Positions 50,641 through 64,000 of a DNA stretch of 64,000 nucleotides are shown piece after piece. Below the pieces are notes generated by a model that was given only the letters and a program-made list of their open reading frames with translations, did no database searches and was not told the DNA's origin. The stretch is taken from contig JAHRHZ010000051.1 of assembly GCA_024137785.1 (NCBI GenBank), forward strand, positions 18,388,634 through 18,452,633, written 5' to 3'. The DNA comes from Ginglymostoma cirratum. Its lineage: Eukaryota. The position numbers and the translations under genes were made by a program. Position 1 is the first letter of the stretch. Each line of letters begins with the position of its first letter.

Positions 50641-52789
50641 TATCAGGCATGTAGTCAAACAGGTATTAGATGGGTGCTGTGGTAGGAGGTGTTTTATACT
50701 GAAAGGGTTAAACCTGAGGACTACATTAAGCTTCATCCAATACGTTAATGTCATAAGAACTTGGGTGAACCCGCAAATTACCATGCTCCCCTCAACCACC
50801 CCTCCCCAAGACCACTTACACCCTGCACAACCTAATCTGACACTTCCCCTGGAAACTGACAACCCCATCCTCACTGAAGCCAGCACTCCCTCTTTCCCCT
50901 CTGGACCCACAATCCCCTGCTCACCCTGATATACCTTAGATATTCCATCACTTACCCAGCCCCCTTCCCACCTTGTGCCTTGGCGCCCTACCCACCTGGT
51001 GCCCTACCAAACTGGCACTGTACTTGGCACCATAACCAACTGACATCCCTTTACATGGGTTCTATTTCTGTCTCCATAGATGCTACCTGACTTGCTGAAT
51101 TTCCCCTGCGTTTTCCATATTTGTTTCAGATTTCCAGTGTTCACAGTATTCTTTTTAATATACTACTAACTTGAAACCCTATTTACCTGGCACACTGGCA
51201 CCCTGAACTCATACATATCTTATATAATTAACATTTCACATTGGCTGTGTATGTGGCTGTCTGTGATGCTGGATGTTTATTCACAGAATACAGCAAGTAA
51301 TGCTGTGGAAAATGGGAGGTCATTTGACTTTCACTGATTATCCTGCATCATGAGGAATCTATCAGATTTAAGATACACATTGCATTTCTTAGGGAGCCCT
51401 AAGTGGAATCTCCTACTTGAAATTTGGAATTCTTTGTTAATGTGAAATGTAGGAGAGGTGGGGAAATCTGACTGTGAGTACCATTCCTTGGAAAATCAGG
51501 CTTCAAAAATCCATACTTTCCTACCTATCTTCAGGTCATCTGCAAATTTAGCTACCAGGCCTTCACTCTCCTCATCAAGGTCACTAACTGTGAAAAACTA
51601 ATCCCCAACACAGACCTCTGCTTCTTCCCACTCATCACAGTCAGAAAAAGACCACTTTATGCATACTCTCCATATGCTCTGATGATTTATCATGCAGTAA
51701 TTTAGTTGCATCATACAAAAAGATACATATAGTGCAAATTCCAGTGAACACTGAAGAATGTTCTAGACACAGATTTAAGAGAATGACTAGTGTCGGCAGC
51801 TGAAAGAGCTGAACATCTGAGAAGCCCACAGACAAGCAATATGTGGCAAGATTCAACAAGGCAGAATCGACAGCCAATGCTGAAAGCATTTCAGACCTGG
51901 TAAGAGAGGAGTAGAAGCAAGTGTGAGCAAGAGGTTACATGGAGCTGGAATATTAGTCTCAATTAGCCATTACAGAGTTCATTGCCAGTGATCTATAGGC
52001 ACAGCACTGAGTCGGACTTGAATCAGAGAACGAATGAATGTTGGAGACTGTATGAATAAAGTTGAAGGGCAAAGGGAAATCTTGAAAAAAATACAACACA
52101 TTTACAGGCTAAGAAAGCTAGAAATAAGTAAAATACCTAAAGCTCAGACACAGCAAAATGGGCACCTCAATGTGAGGCTACATTAAGGCAAATCAAGAAC
52201 CATAAAGGTAATTAAGGAATAAGGTTGCAGCACCGGGAAGATCACAAAGTCAGAATTAAAGTGAGAAAGGGGCAATTTAGATGCCTGAGCAGATTGGTTC
52301 AAATAAAAAAAAAAGAAAGTAAGGAGAAAGAGGCTTCAGTGAGAGCAGGCAGTCCATAATTGAAACCATAATAAAAATGGAAAGAATTTATTAAAGCCAC
52401 AGACAGCGGGATTTCTTCATTGGAGCCATTAAAGAAAACAGAAACTTCTACTAAAATAAACTATAAAGGCACTGGGAATTATTAACAATGTGTGTATTGT
52501 GTGAACCATCGAGAGAAAACTATCTAGAGAATGGGATTCAGCTTTAAAACTACACGCAGCAGGATTCATTTAGTAAACCTGAATTATTAGACTACAGAAG
52601 GTACGAATCCTCCATTCTGATTGAAAAAGCACGGGAAAACCCATCAGTATAGAGAAGAGGCATTGCAACCCTGTAGAAACAAAATCCTCTGAAACAAGGA
52701 GAATAAAGTATTTACATACTTAAGAATTGGAAGCCTTTAGACTAAGAGAAATAAAGATCACATTTGGAACAAATAACAGCAGAAATAGT

Positions 52790-54065
52790 TTACCTGAAAA
52801 ATTTAGCTTCAGAGATGAGCCAAGTAGAACACTGGATTGGACATCTTGGAGAAAACAGTTTTTAAGATACTGGATCACTTCCAGACTGGACAATAAATGA
52901 GAAGCTGAAGCTGTACAAGTAAGCACACCTTTGTACTCAATTAATTATGACAGATTACAGCTCAATGAGGCATATAATAAGACACAAATTCCTTTCATGG
53001 AGTAGCATGGTGGCACTGCTGCCTCACAGAGCTGGAGACCCAGGTTCAATTCCACCCTCAGGTGACTGTCTGTATGAGTTTGCATATACTCCCTATATCT
53101 GTGTCGGTTTTCTATGGGTGTTCTGGTTTCCTCCCATAGTCAACAAATATACAGGTAAGGTGGATTGGCCATGCTGAATTGCTCATAGTGTCCAGGGGTG
53201 TGCAGGCTAGTGGACTAGCCATGGAAATTGCAGGTGGAATGTCCTTCAGAGTGTCAGTGTGGACTCAATGGGCCTAACAGCCACTTTCTACGCTGTAGGG
53301 ATTCTATGATCCTTCTAATCTAAGTCCTAACCTTTGACAATTACTTCAATCTAAGAAGAAGCAAAATGATTAAGAGCCATATTTAACTGAAGCATTCGTT
53401 ATCCTGGGCAATCCAGAGATAATTTCATTCATGGCCTCTACAGATCAGTGGAGAAATGTAACTATGGAGCTTTGAAATCAGAATTCCTAAGAGACAGAGT
53501 TATTGTTCAAAATACTGATGAGTCTTTGTCAGTTTTACTGCAGTTCGAAGAAGTTTTGATTTTGGAGAAAGTCGTTCAGATGTGAATGAGCAGAAGTCCA
53601 GACATAGCATATATTGATCCTAAAAAGTGAGGAACAATCTTTTCACAGGACAGCCCACAGGATCCATTCAGTTTGTTATATACGAAAACCCTCAAGACAC
53701 AAGTAAGAAGCCAATACTAGAGAGCAAGTCAGACATCAGATGCTAAGAGCCGTTGTCAACACTGTGGAACAAAGAAACTTCACAGTCACAAGCAGTGTTC
53801 AAGTAAACAAAAAATAATGTTCTATCTGTAAAACTGTTGGTTACTTGAAGAAGATATAGCATGATGCAGTTACAGAACAGCAAAAGGTCAACTAGCTCCT
53901 CAAAGAGAGCTGTTGGTGAAGTAGAGTAGCTTAAAAAGAAATCAAGTGTATTCCTAGAGTAAGTAGACAATTCAAGCCAATCGTTTGGCAAGAAGAAGTT
54001 CATGTTGATGGATATTTCATTAATTTTAATCTTGATATTGGTGCCAAGTGTCACCATACTATCAG
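52790..54065 (+). mobile_element. Decayed Ty3/Gypsy LTR-retrotransposon gag and protease (Mag-like)
   Basis: Manual translation: LPEKFSF..DWTSWRKQFLRY..QVSTPLYSI (52790-52942); YPGQSRDNFIHGLYRSVEKCNYGALKSEFLRDRVIV..LILEKVVQM (53400-53582); tandem knuckles CQHCGTKKLHSHKQC and CSICKTVGY (53754-53845); WQEEVHVDGYFINFNLDIGA (53986-54045). Stops and frameshifts are present. Confidence 0.8.
52999..53323 (+). mobile_element. V-SINE (HE1-like), inserted in the Gypsy gag
   Basis: gcactgctgcctcacagagctggagacccaggttcaattcc head, V-domain gagtttgcatatactccc...ctggtttcctcccatagtc, CR1-type tail ctgtagggattctatgat. Confidence 0.85.
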
Positions 54066-57000
54066 GTTATGTATAACGGATGAAGAAGCAGAGATTACAG
54101 GCTACGATAGTGAAACAACATGACCAAGAGGTATCCACCTCCAGTTTAAAGGTAGACTACTAGCAACTCTACAACACAAGGGATGTCACAAAGTAAAAAA
54201 TGAAAACATAATTTGCAATCATTAATTCTCACTGTTGGACATGAGTGTATGTCTTCACCTTAAAATTATTTAAATGGCAGAAGGTGCTAAACTAGTGGTA
54301 ACTGACAGTTTCTTTGTTGAAAGCCAGCAAGTCAGAGACCGACTGGTCGAGGAACAGCCAATCACGGAATCACAGGTCAAGAAAATGTTAGTTACTTAAC
54401 AATTGGTTAGGAGACAACTGGTGGAAAATTTCAAAGTACTACCTACAATCATGGCCAAATTCAAAAAGAAAAAAGAATCCTTTGAGTTTACATCTATTGG
54501 CAGAAGAGAATTTATTCATGCTATCAATGAAATGGAAATTTTGATTACACAGAGTTGGCTGAAATGTTTTCCAATTCTACACCGAAGAGAGTTCAGATGA
54601 CAAAAATCATCAATTTTTGTGAGAAATTGCAAATAATGATAAAGCCAATGGGCAGTATGACCCATCTGAGCACAAAGATGAATCTTTTAACTGTGGTTAA
54701 AGCCTGGCAAACAAATCAGATTCAAATTTGATGTCAGATGATGAGTTGACAAAAGTTTCAAGATGAATATTTTCTATTTTTCATTTTCCGAGGAAGAATG
54801 ATCAGTACGAGTGGCAGTGGTCTTTCTAGGTAAGCAGTAATCCTCATGAAGCAGGACTGAGGATGTGAACAAGTTGGGTTAACCAGTAAAGCAACAACAG
54901 AGGGTAAATGCAAGTAACCAATCTAATCTAAACATGGAAGTACAAAGTCTATATAGTACAGATTGGTCGCCAAGTTGAGAAGAAAAATCTTTGCTCATAC
55001 AGATTGAAGGTAAATTGCATATGACCCCATAGAAGCACTATTGTGGCGGGATGACCAATGTCAGTAGGTTCAGGACATGGTCAAGAATAAATTGACCGGT
55101 CTGGCAATCCAGGATACCACAAGCAAGAAAATACCTGTCTCAACAGAACACCAGTCTCCATGACAGGCATTGATGAGATTACATGCAGGGTAAAGTCAAA
55201 AGGCCCATGGCTCTTTTACTTTATTTGTTCAAAGAATGTGAACATTGCTGGCTCAGCCAGCATTTATTGCCCAGCCCTAAGCGCTCTTCAAAAGGTGGGG
55301 GTGAGCCGTCTCTTGCACCATTGCTTGCTCAGGGAGGAGCTCCTGGATTTTGACTCAGTGACATTGAAGGAATGCTGATATTACCAACACCGAATATTGG
55401 ATAACTATGAATGGTATGTCCACCAAGACATTGCGGAAGATGGGATTCAGATACGAGGTGTGTATTTGTTGTATGTGTGTGGCATCTGCATTATGCTCAT
55501 GTGTTCAGTGCATGTGTGCTTTCTCTCTCTGATGGTCTTGGTTGAACTGCTGACTTGAGCAGCAATCTACTCTAGCTATTGAAACTCATGTGTATTTACT
55601 ATTTTATAGGTTATGAATAAAACAGGAATGTTGCTTGATTTGTTGGTATGAGTTCCCTTCCTAATGTACATATTTTGAATCAACCTGTTTCGCAGTGCTA
55701 TAACAAACCTCTAGAGCAAGTGAGAATATGAACCCAGTCCTTCACAACTGTAGTGCCACAAGATCCCTTCCTATTGTGGCGAGGTAGTATATCTGGGACC
55801 CATTGGCTGCGCAAAATTGAATCTGAGGATTAAAATAGAATTGCAAAATGAGTGACTGCAGATATGCTTTATTGGTTTGAACACATTAAGATAAAGAGAG
55901 GAAGGTCCTATTTGTGATCACTGTCCACTGATGCTGCTCTAGCTGTGAATCTTTGTGCATGCTGACTGAGGACATGATTGAACTCAGATACAATGCCTCA
56001 CACTATAGGACAGCTCACATTCCCAAAACAGATACAGACACGCATACATGCAAACACACAGGCAGACATACAAACTTGCATGTACAAGTATACACATACT
56101 CAAACATGCACATACATATTTATGTCTTATACAAAGCCAGTCACATAACATTTCTATTTCAACCCATGACGTTAATTTGGCAGGACTGATAGATAATCCA
56201 AATGCTATCAAACCTGTGGAATAGAAATCAAACTGTTTCTGCAAGATGTGGTTATCATGCTCTGTCAGATCATTGCCAATGGTGAACTTGTAAATTTACA
56301 TGCAGACGTTCTTTCTCTGAAGATTTGGCCATTGGTTAGTCTATAGGTATGAAGAGTTGAATGCAGGACTTCTGAAATGACCAAGTTTCTGAGTAGTTTT
56401 ATTATTGAAAGGCTAGTACGCAGTACTTTGAACCTTATTACTGAAAAATGGATCTTTCAAGAATTTCCAAACTAATGGATATCATTAATAAGTCATATTA
56501 GATAATGTGAATTATATATTTCACATTGAATTTGTGTGCTTTACAGTGGGTGATTATATATAGAGTTTCATGACATAATCTAAATTAACAGAATTTGTAG
56601 ATTTAGCATTTTTAAATCTAAGTCTTCCCTCAAGATATCAAAAATTAATTGAGATCTCTGTTCAACAAGTTGTTAAAATTATTTCTACCTTGGTTTCACA
56701 CTTTCTGTCTTCCACTTCAGGTTTTTCTACAGATCATTTTCAAACAGTCAATCCTTTTAGATTATTTCGTTTTTTCAGTTCCTTCAGTAAAATGGTTCAC
56801 TTTGCTTGTTTTGTGAAAGAACTTGGACCCAATTATTTTGACACTCAGATGTTTGGGATTCTGAGACTACACTCCTCTATTTTACAGGCTGTTGGCTAGT
56901 GCAAATGTGATCCTTTCTCTGTGAAATGTGGCACTCACTTCTGTTATTTTGGTTGTCTGAACTTCATTGCAAAGTGCAACGAAAACAATATTCGTAGAGA

Positions 57001-57129
57001 CCTGTATTTGTGTATACTGTACTTTCTGGCAAAAGGTGCTGCCTGTTCCACAAAAGACATTTGTCCTCTGATTCAAATCATTAGTGCATTACCTTAGTAT
57101 AGAGGTCATAGATATTTTCGAGTATACAT

Positions 57130-57230
57130 GTGCAGAGATGTTATTACACACCCCTAGAGCGAGTGGGACCTGAATCTAGGCCTTCTGCCTCTGATGTAGG
57201 GGCACTACTACTACACTACAAGAGCCCCTA
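57130..57230 (-). mobile_element. Short tRNA-derived SINE; more decayed copy at 55676-55768
   Basis: Both copies share ctagagc.agtg.ga...tgaa...cctt and end in acaaga.ccct. The reverse complement resembles a tRNA A/B-box head. Confidence 0.55.
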
Positions 57231-57779
57231 AATATCACTCATATGACTAAAAGAAGGTATAACACCCTCATGCTTTGTATAGGAACTAGTATTCCCATAC
57301 GTTGATACATGAGATCAATATGATCCTGGTAGCTTTATATTTGGTGCTAAATGATGTTACACAATTGTTGGTAGAGATTTTTTTGACCCATTTACGTTGC
57401 ATCGGTGCGGAATTGTGAAATTTACATACATAGTACTTTCTTGCCACAATAATGAACTTGTCCAGTATTTAGCTTCCTTTGAAGCCTTGCCATTTCTTGA
57501 TTCAGAAAAGCCGAGCATATGATGGCTTCTAGGTCAAAGCCATAGAGTCATAATTTGCTGTAGCAGGTTATCTGTTGGCATTTGCCATTAGTTAGACTTG
57601 TGCTTCCACATTTAATCCTTAAATGCCTCTTAAATGTTTTGTGTGTGCCAAGCTGCTAAGAGTGCGAGCTTGTAATAGCAGAGTGACAGAGGAGCATCTG
57701 TTAACAAGCTGTGAGTGGCAAAGCTTTTTAGCTTTATCATTTCCTTAAAAGCAACTACTTGTCACCTGGATAATAGAGG

Positions 57780-58240
57780 AAGAAAGGACATGCATTAAAA
57801 TCACACCTTTAACAACAGCAGGGCAGCCTAAAGCACTCTACCGACAAGGACATACATTAGAAGTGTAGTTACTGTTATAATTATAGGAAATGCAGTTGCC
57901 AATTTGCACACAGCAAGGTCCCACAAAACAAGAATGTGACAATGATCAAATTGTCTGTCTTTAACTGAAGTTGGTTCAAGGATAAATATTGGCCAGAATG
58001 CAAGTGTGAATTACCTACCTGCTGTGGTTCAAAATAGTGTCACAGGATCTTTTACAAATCCCCTAGAAGGCAAATAAGCTCTCAGTAAAATGTCTAATCT
58101 GAAAGGCAGCACCACCAACATTGCAGTGCTCCCTCAGCACTGCAGTGGAAATTTGAGCTGGATAATAAACTCAGGTCCTGGAATGAAGCTGTGAACTCAC
58201 AATTTCTGGCCAAGGGGACAGAGTGCTACCAATGAACACT
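57780..58240 (-). mobile_element. Near full-length Deu-domain SINE
   Basis: gccaatttgcacacagcaaggtcccacaaa...ggataaatattggccag...ttcaaaatagtgtcacaggatctttta...ctgaaaggcagcacc...gcagtgctccctcagcactgca...agagtgctaccaatga. Confidence 0.8.
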
Positions 58241-59164
58241 TTTCACATCTCATCACGGGTGAGATTCAAACCAAGCCCTGAAGTGAATTCAAAAACTTTG
58301 GATTTTCACATGACAATTGTTTTGTTGGAATATTGAAACATTCAATATTGTTAGTTTAGCATGCCCTAACTCCTTACCATAGCAATTTTACCAAACAGTG
58401 ACATTTTACAGTGCATATTAACTAGCTTTTTTACTTTGGTATTGTAAATATGCTGCTTACTCTAAGTATCAGTCGCTGATCCTTGGGTCTGTTTCATTTG
58501 GCACTAAGACTGATTCTTTTATACTTTCCATTAATCTGCAGTGTTTACATAAGTACCTGGAATTACTACAACAGACTCACTGCAGGTGGCAGTCACAAGT
58601 CTGCATTTTTTATGTAGCCACAGACTTTAAGATTTCTTAAATTCAATAATACAGATTCATAGCAGAAGACACCAGCATTATTATGTTAGCCATCACACTG
58701 GCACCCTTTATTATTGGGAGACATGCAGAGAAATAAAATGCTGACTATAATGTCATGTTATGCATGCAGTGCTGGCACTATAGCAGTATCATGCTGGTAA
58801 AAATACTATGGCCAAAAAGCATTTCGTGTTAATACAATTCCTTTATGGACAGTTTATATTACAAAATTAACTGAAGTAAGTAGGGAACCATTATTCACAC
58901 TTATGTTACTTTCCCACTCAATCACTACAACTGCTTTTGCTGAGGTTTCGTCCAAATCATCCACATTTTGCTGTTTTATATGACGACCTGTTACCCTATC
59001 AACTATGACTTTGTCTGCATTCATTGGCCTTATATTCAGCAATGCACTAAATTCAAAATCTTAGTCTTCTTCTACAGTTCCATATGACCTCACTGGATAC
59101 TTTTCTTCTCATTCAGTTTGCCCTAACCCTAACCCTATTGCAAAGTGTCTCGCCTTGTCATGTC

Positions 59165-59600
59165 AGGTGTCGTTAAATTTGCAGCACTCTTGCCTCTGAG
59201 TCAAAATGTTTAAATTTAATTGCAGAAATTTGAACCAAGAAGTCAAAGCTTTCACGCTAGTACAGTCCTAACGTGGTGTTCTCTTTGGATTCAACATTAG
59301 ACCGAGGCCCTGCCTGCCCTGTCAGGTAGATGTAAAATGATCCCACGGCGATATTCCAAAAGAGAGTCGGGGAGTTATTCCTTGTGACTTGAGCAATGTC
59401 AATCCATCACATTCGATAAACAGATTATTTGAACATTAATGTATTATTGTTTGTGGTAATTCACTGTTTGTCTGCAAAATACTCGCAGGTTCCCTACATT
59501 ATAACAGTAACTTCACTTCAAAAATATTTAAATGACTGCAAGGTCCTATGGGATGTCTTGTGCTTGTGAAGGTTGCTATATGAACACAAGAATGCTTGCT
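59165..59600 (+). mobile_element. Near full-length Deu-domain SINE
   Basis: gcagcactcttgcctctgagtca...accgaggccctgcctgccctgtcaggtagatgtaaaatgatcccacggcg...cctacattataacagtaacttcacttcaaaa. Confidence 0.8.
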
Positions 59601-61189
59601 GATGTGCACCTTTCAGTTTCTGATTATCGACCCCTTGCATCTCCCTCACTCTGCTCCATCCTTGCTAGCCTTCAGCTGTCTTTGTTTTGTCGCCTTGAAA
59701 ATATCAATTTGAAGCTTTCTCTACCTATAACTTAGAAGGTTGTGGATCATGCCATATAATTGGAAGTACCATTCTTCAGTGGGTGTGGTGGAGCTACTAA
59801 GTGTCCCTGAGATTTTTCTTTAGATTGCTTGCAACATTATCCATGAAATTAATCTTAAATTCTGGAGACATTGGGAAAATCCTGGAGGATTTGCAACCTG
59901 ACTGATGATGCTTAATAGAAGGAAATTTTGGGGGAATATGCTGAGGTCTTGTTAAGTCACGATATAAATTCAAGGTCTTTCTGAGAAATGTGCAATCTGA
60001 TCTACAGTATTTGTGTTTAAAGTTCAGAAGCATTTGTATGTATTTTTTAAACAGACTGCATTGGGCTCTATCCTCATTCGGCACTACATGATCCTCCAAT
60101 AAAGCCAGTGGATGCCTGAAAGAAACAGCATTTTAGGTGTATTGGAATCAGATTCTACAAGCATGCAGCCTATCCCTATGACTGATATTATGAATAGAAT
60201 TACATATTTGCAAATGGGTGTATACAGATTCATGATACTAAATTAGCATGAAAATACTTTGAAGCTCAACTGAGGGAATTTTTTTTGACATAATCTATGA
60301 AAATGCTATCCAAGGAGTTGGGAAAAGTGGTTTGTGGACAGAAACACAATGCAGAAATGCTACAGGCAAACAGCATCTAGAGATTTATTTTCCATTAGTG
60401 ATTCATTCCTGTCGTGTATATAATGTGAACACAGGATTTTGCAAGCTTTAAAGCCGTCATCATAATACTATTGGCTTGTACAATGGTGTTTTAGTTCAAT
60501 AATATTGCATCATAATTTTAACACATTTAGCGTGCGTGTGGCTGATTACATTGGCTCTAACGGGAAGAGTTAAAGACCATTCTATAGGCCATGTGTACAG
60601 TATAAAAGATTGTTACAGCTCCAAAGGGATCAAGATTGTTTATTTTAGGCATATTAAAGCCTTTGTTAAATTAGTGGACAAGAAACTTTATGCTAATCCA
60701 TTGAGGCATTTGTTACTGATATTGCACAGTGTGATTTCAAACTGAAGAACCTGCTGTCACAATGAGCCGACATAAATAACAGATGCGTTGTGGTATAAAA
60801 CCAGTGAGTAATAACTAATACATTTTCAAAGAATAGCATTTGTGAACTACTAGTTTATGAAATTCTATTGTGAAACATCATGACAGGAAATTTGGGAATA
60901 ACAAGTTAAACTGTTCAGAACATGACTGGTAATTGGATAATGATTCAGAGGGATCCTCTGCCACGTGAACAGCTTATCCATGTTGCCAATCGATTTGCAC
61001 TCTGAGGATTTGCACTCAAACGTATTTAAAAAATACTTCGGCACATGAATTATCCTCCTACAGCCATTAAAGCCAATAGGTTTAAGGCAAATAGTAAAAG
61101 CAAGTTGGAGAAGAAACTGTAATAGTGGGAGCACTTTAAGTCGAAGGGCTTTGCTTGAGAGATAACTGAGGCCTGTAACATGTCAAGGC

Positions 61190-61400
61190 CAACAACAACT
61201 GGTTATATTCATATATTACTTTAGCACAAGTTAAAACAACCCAAAGCATGTCTCAAGAGTGATATCAGACAACATTTGGCATCGAGTACATTAAGAAGAT
61301 ATTAGGACATATGCTCAAAGCTTAATCAAAGAGGTGGGTTTGAGGAAGGTCTTGGAGGAGGAGGGGAGTTAGACAGATGGAGAGGTATTGCATTCCAATG
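61190..61400 (-). mobile_element. L2-like LINE 3' end
   Basis: aacaacaactggttatattcatat...gagatattaggaca-like...aaagcttaatcaaagaggtgggtttgaggaaggtcttggaggagga. A related piece lies at 20700-20840. Confidence 0.6.
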
Positions 61401-61704
61401 CAGGTATTGGGAATATAGTGCTCTAAAGCTATCTTCTTCCATGATGGTTCTCCCTGCACATCTCCATCATCCATTTCCCTCATGCAAATTTCCGTAAGCA
61501 GCCATTAGCACTGGTGCTAGAATTTCTAGTGCCCATCATTTTTTTTTTATAGAAATAACAGTTGATGCCCTTGAAACACAAGAAGAGTAATCAAATTAAG
61601 TTATTGTCCACACTTAGATGTTCCCCAAAAAATGCCAGAGTTCCTGATGGTATGTGAGGACTGCTACGTTGACACTAAGCACTGTTTGTGAATCAGAACA
61701 ATCA

Positions 61705-62120
61705 TAAGGATACTAACTAGGAGACTTCAGTTACCTGGAAAGACTCAAGAATTTAGGGCTGCTATCCTTATGGCAGAGAAAATTAAAGGGCCATCTTACT
61801 GTGGTGTTCAAAATCATGAAGTGTTGTGATATAATAGTTAACTGAAGACTGTTTCCACTAATTGGAGAGGACACAGATTTAAATTAATTGATGGAAGAAA
61901 TAGAAAAAAGCTAAGGAGAATTTTTCAACACAGTGAATTGGAATGCATTGTCTGACAGGGAAATAGGTTCAATAATAAATTTACAAAGATAATTGGAAGG
62001 GAGAGAAATGTAGACACATGGCAATATTGCAGGGGGTTGGGGCTAATTGACTAGCCCTTTGAAAGAGCGAGCAGGAAAGATTGACATTACGTCTTCTTTC
62101 TGCACTGCATCATTCTCTCA
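61705..62120 (+). mobile_element. Old CR1 LINE 3' fragment
   Basis: gagacttcagttacctggaaagactcaagaatttagggctgctatcctta...gtgttcaaaatcatgaag...gaggacacagatttaaattaattg (RL..LGL...RGH.FK remnants). Confidence 0.65.
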
Positions 62121-64000
62121 TTTTATAAAACATGTAGCTTTATAATGAAATAAATACAACAGGTTTCATCAAAATAAACAAAATGTAAGTAGCAATCAGG
62201 AGACCAGGTATTGTTTTACATAAAATGCAAAAACCTCCCAACATTCTCCATTTGCAGAAGGGCATCATTGTGCTGTAATACAGAAGTCAGTTGGAGATCT
62301 GAAATGCTCTACAGCATAAAATATTTTCTTTTCTCACACATGTAGTCGTGCCTTAACTAGCCATTAGAGGGTTTAAGGTAGACTTGAATGGCATTGTGCT
62401 ATTTGCTATCAATTCCCCAGGTAGAGGTTTACTTGAGTTCAGACAAAAGACTAGAAAGGGACATGGCTGGAGAATTTTAAGAGTTAAGGAGCAGATGAAT
62501 TAGCTATAGCCCTGTGCTCATTATCAACACGTACCAAAATATTTTTGAAATGGTCTAATCAAGCTATATTTTGCAGCCATTTGAATGACTGTTTTGCTGT
62601 TGTTACTCAGGGGATGAATGTTAACGAAAGCAGCTTCTACATTATTTCTTTGTCAGTGCATTGGGTATAAACTGCAAGGGATATGATGTGGTACCGAAAC
62701 ACTCACAGCATTTGAGGAGGTATAAAGGGTCTTTAAATGTGTCACCTGAAAGATGGCATCAACAACAGTGCACTGTAGTTCATCTTAGGTTAGGTGCCTA
62801 AGCCCGTGTCTTGAACCAATTACCTTCTGATCCAAAGGCACAGGGCCATCATAGAAACAAGGATGGTACACAATTGGATGGCAGAAATTGGGAAACACTG
62901 GGAAAAGCATGTGTCAGGTGAGAAGGAGCAGAGAGATTAAAAGGAAGATGAAAAGTCAAGCTGAAGGCAAGTGACAAAGCAACGTAGCACTCATCCACCT
63001 AGTTAACAGTTGCTGAAATGTGGATTGTGCTGCAGAAGAAATGTGTGGACATGACGGTTCTTTGTAGTTCTCCATTACATCTTCCCTAACATTCAATCAA
63101 AATTGTAACTTGTATCCACAGAAATACAGCTAAGTTTTTGAGCCACAGATTGACATTACGGATCATGTATACTCCAGAACTGATGCCGATACCTTTGCAG
63201 TAGATGGTGCGGTACCCAGTGGGGAATGTAAGTTTGGTGTGCCAGGGCCTTTAGAAAGGGTACAGCTGATGGAATTTCATAAGGGCTTGGTCATCTTGAT
63301 GTGCTTTCTCAAATCAGGATGGGCAAGAATCCATGGCTATGAAACATAACATACTGGCGACTTATAATGAATCATTCATGTAATGCTTGGCCAGGTATGT
63401 TACTGGTGTCAGCTTCTAAAGTGATGTGGGTTTTTGAGTACCAGCAGATGTGCACAGTGTATGTCCCATGCAGTTTGATTTTCTCTGATCATCTAACCAG
63501 GTCTCATTGAGAAAGCCAAAGTTACCAATAATGCCATGGAAGGCAAAAATAAGTAGGGAAATAAAAACAAATAGGTAAGATTGGGCTGAAATAAGACCAT
63601 CAGAGTAAATCAAATTGTAGTTCCCAAAAGCAGTGGAGTCCACAAAAGTGCTGAGGGCCTGCATTCTTAAAGATTATGCGAGAGCTTTTCTTTAGTAAGC
63701 AACAGCGTGTGACACAAAGGTCATGTGGGGACTGCCTTATTCTCTAGGTGGTGTGTGAGGAGGAACTGGCCTGACTTCACATGGTGCCTTCCCTTGAACT
63801 GTGAATTTTGACAGTCACAGGATATATAGGTAAATTGATATATCACTCCCTTCTGGGATCTAACTTTCCTTTTTGTTTACCACATTTTAAAAACATAAAA
63901 GTCTGAATATTTTAATTCATTGTTTGTTATCAGAAATAATTTATCTAAAAAATTGCAGCTGGTTGGTTTTCCTTGGAATTCCAATGCAAATGGACAAATT

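Noticed and set aside
52790-54065. Domesticated gag-derived gene
   Set aside because: In-frame stops, frameshifts and a SINE insertion indicate neutral decay.
59121-59137. Interstitial telomeric repeat ccctaaccctaacccta
   Set aside because: Fewer than three units; compatible with chance.
1-64000. CRISPR array, operon or other prokaryote-type system
   Set aside because: Sequence is vertebrate intron and intergenic DNA. There are no regularly spaced repeats and no long intact ORFs.

Overview
AT-rich vertebrate genomic DNA, most likely from a shark or other elasmobranch. That assignment is inferred from V-SINE/HE1-like, Deu-domain and CR1/HER1-like repeats recognised from memory, with no search run. 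The only host coding sequence is exon 1 of a Spalt-like gene on the minus strand (34363-34288, MSRRKQAKPQHLKSDEEAVAIVSQN, phase-1 GTAAGT donor; best match SALL3). It sits in a CpG-rich but AT-rich promoter island within an apparently transposon-free zone of about 21 kb that holds several enhancer-like motif clusters. Positions 1-34287 are intron 1 (at least 34 kb; the zinc-finger exon 2 is not in the window). Positions above about 34.5 kb are gene-free upstream DNA. Both flanks are packed with decayed retroelements: CR1 and L2 LINE fragments, several SINE families, a dead Ty3/Gypsy gag-protease relic, and hairpin elements with degenerate hammerhead-ribozyme cores typical of Penelope-like elements. 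I see no evidence for a new multi-gene system. The best leads are an out-of-frame polyproline uORF overlapping the SALL start codon, the hairpin/hammerhead relic elements, and the intronic and upstream regulatory clusters. Repeat boundaries are approximate and read by eye.
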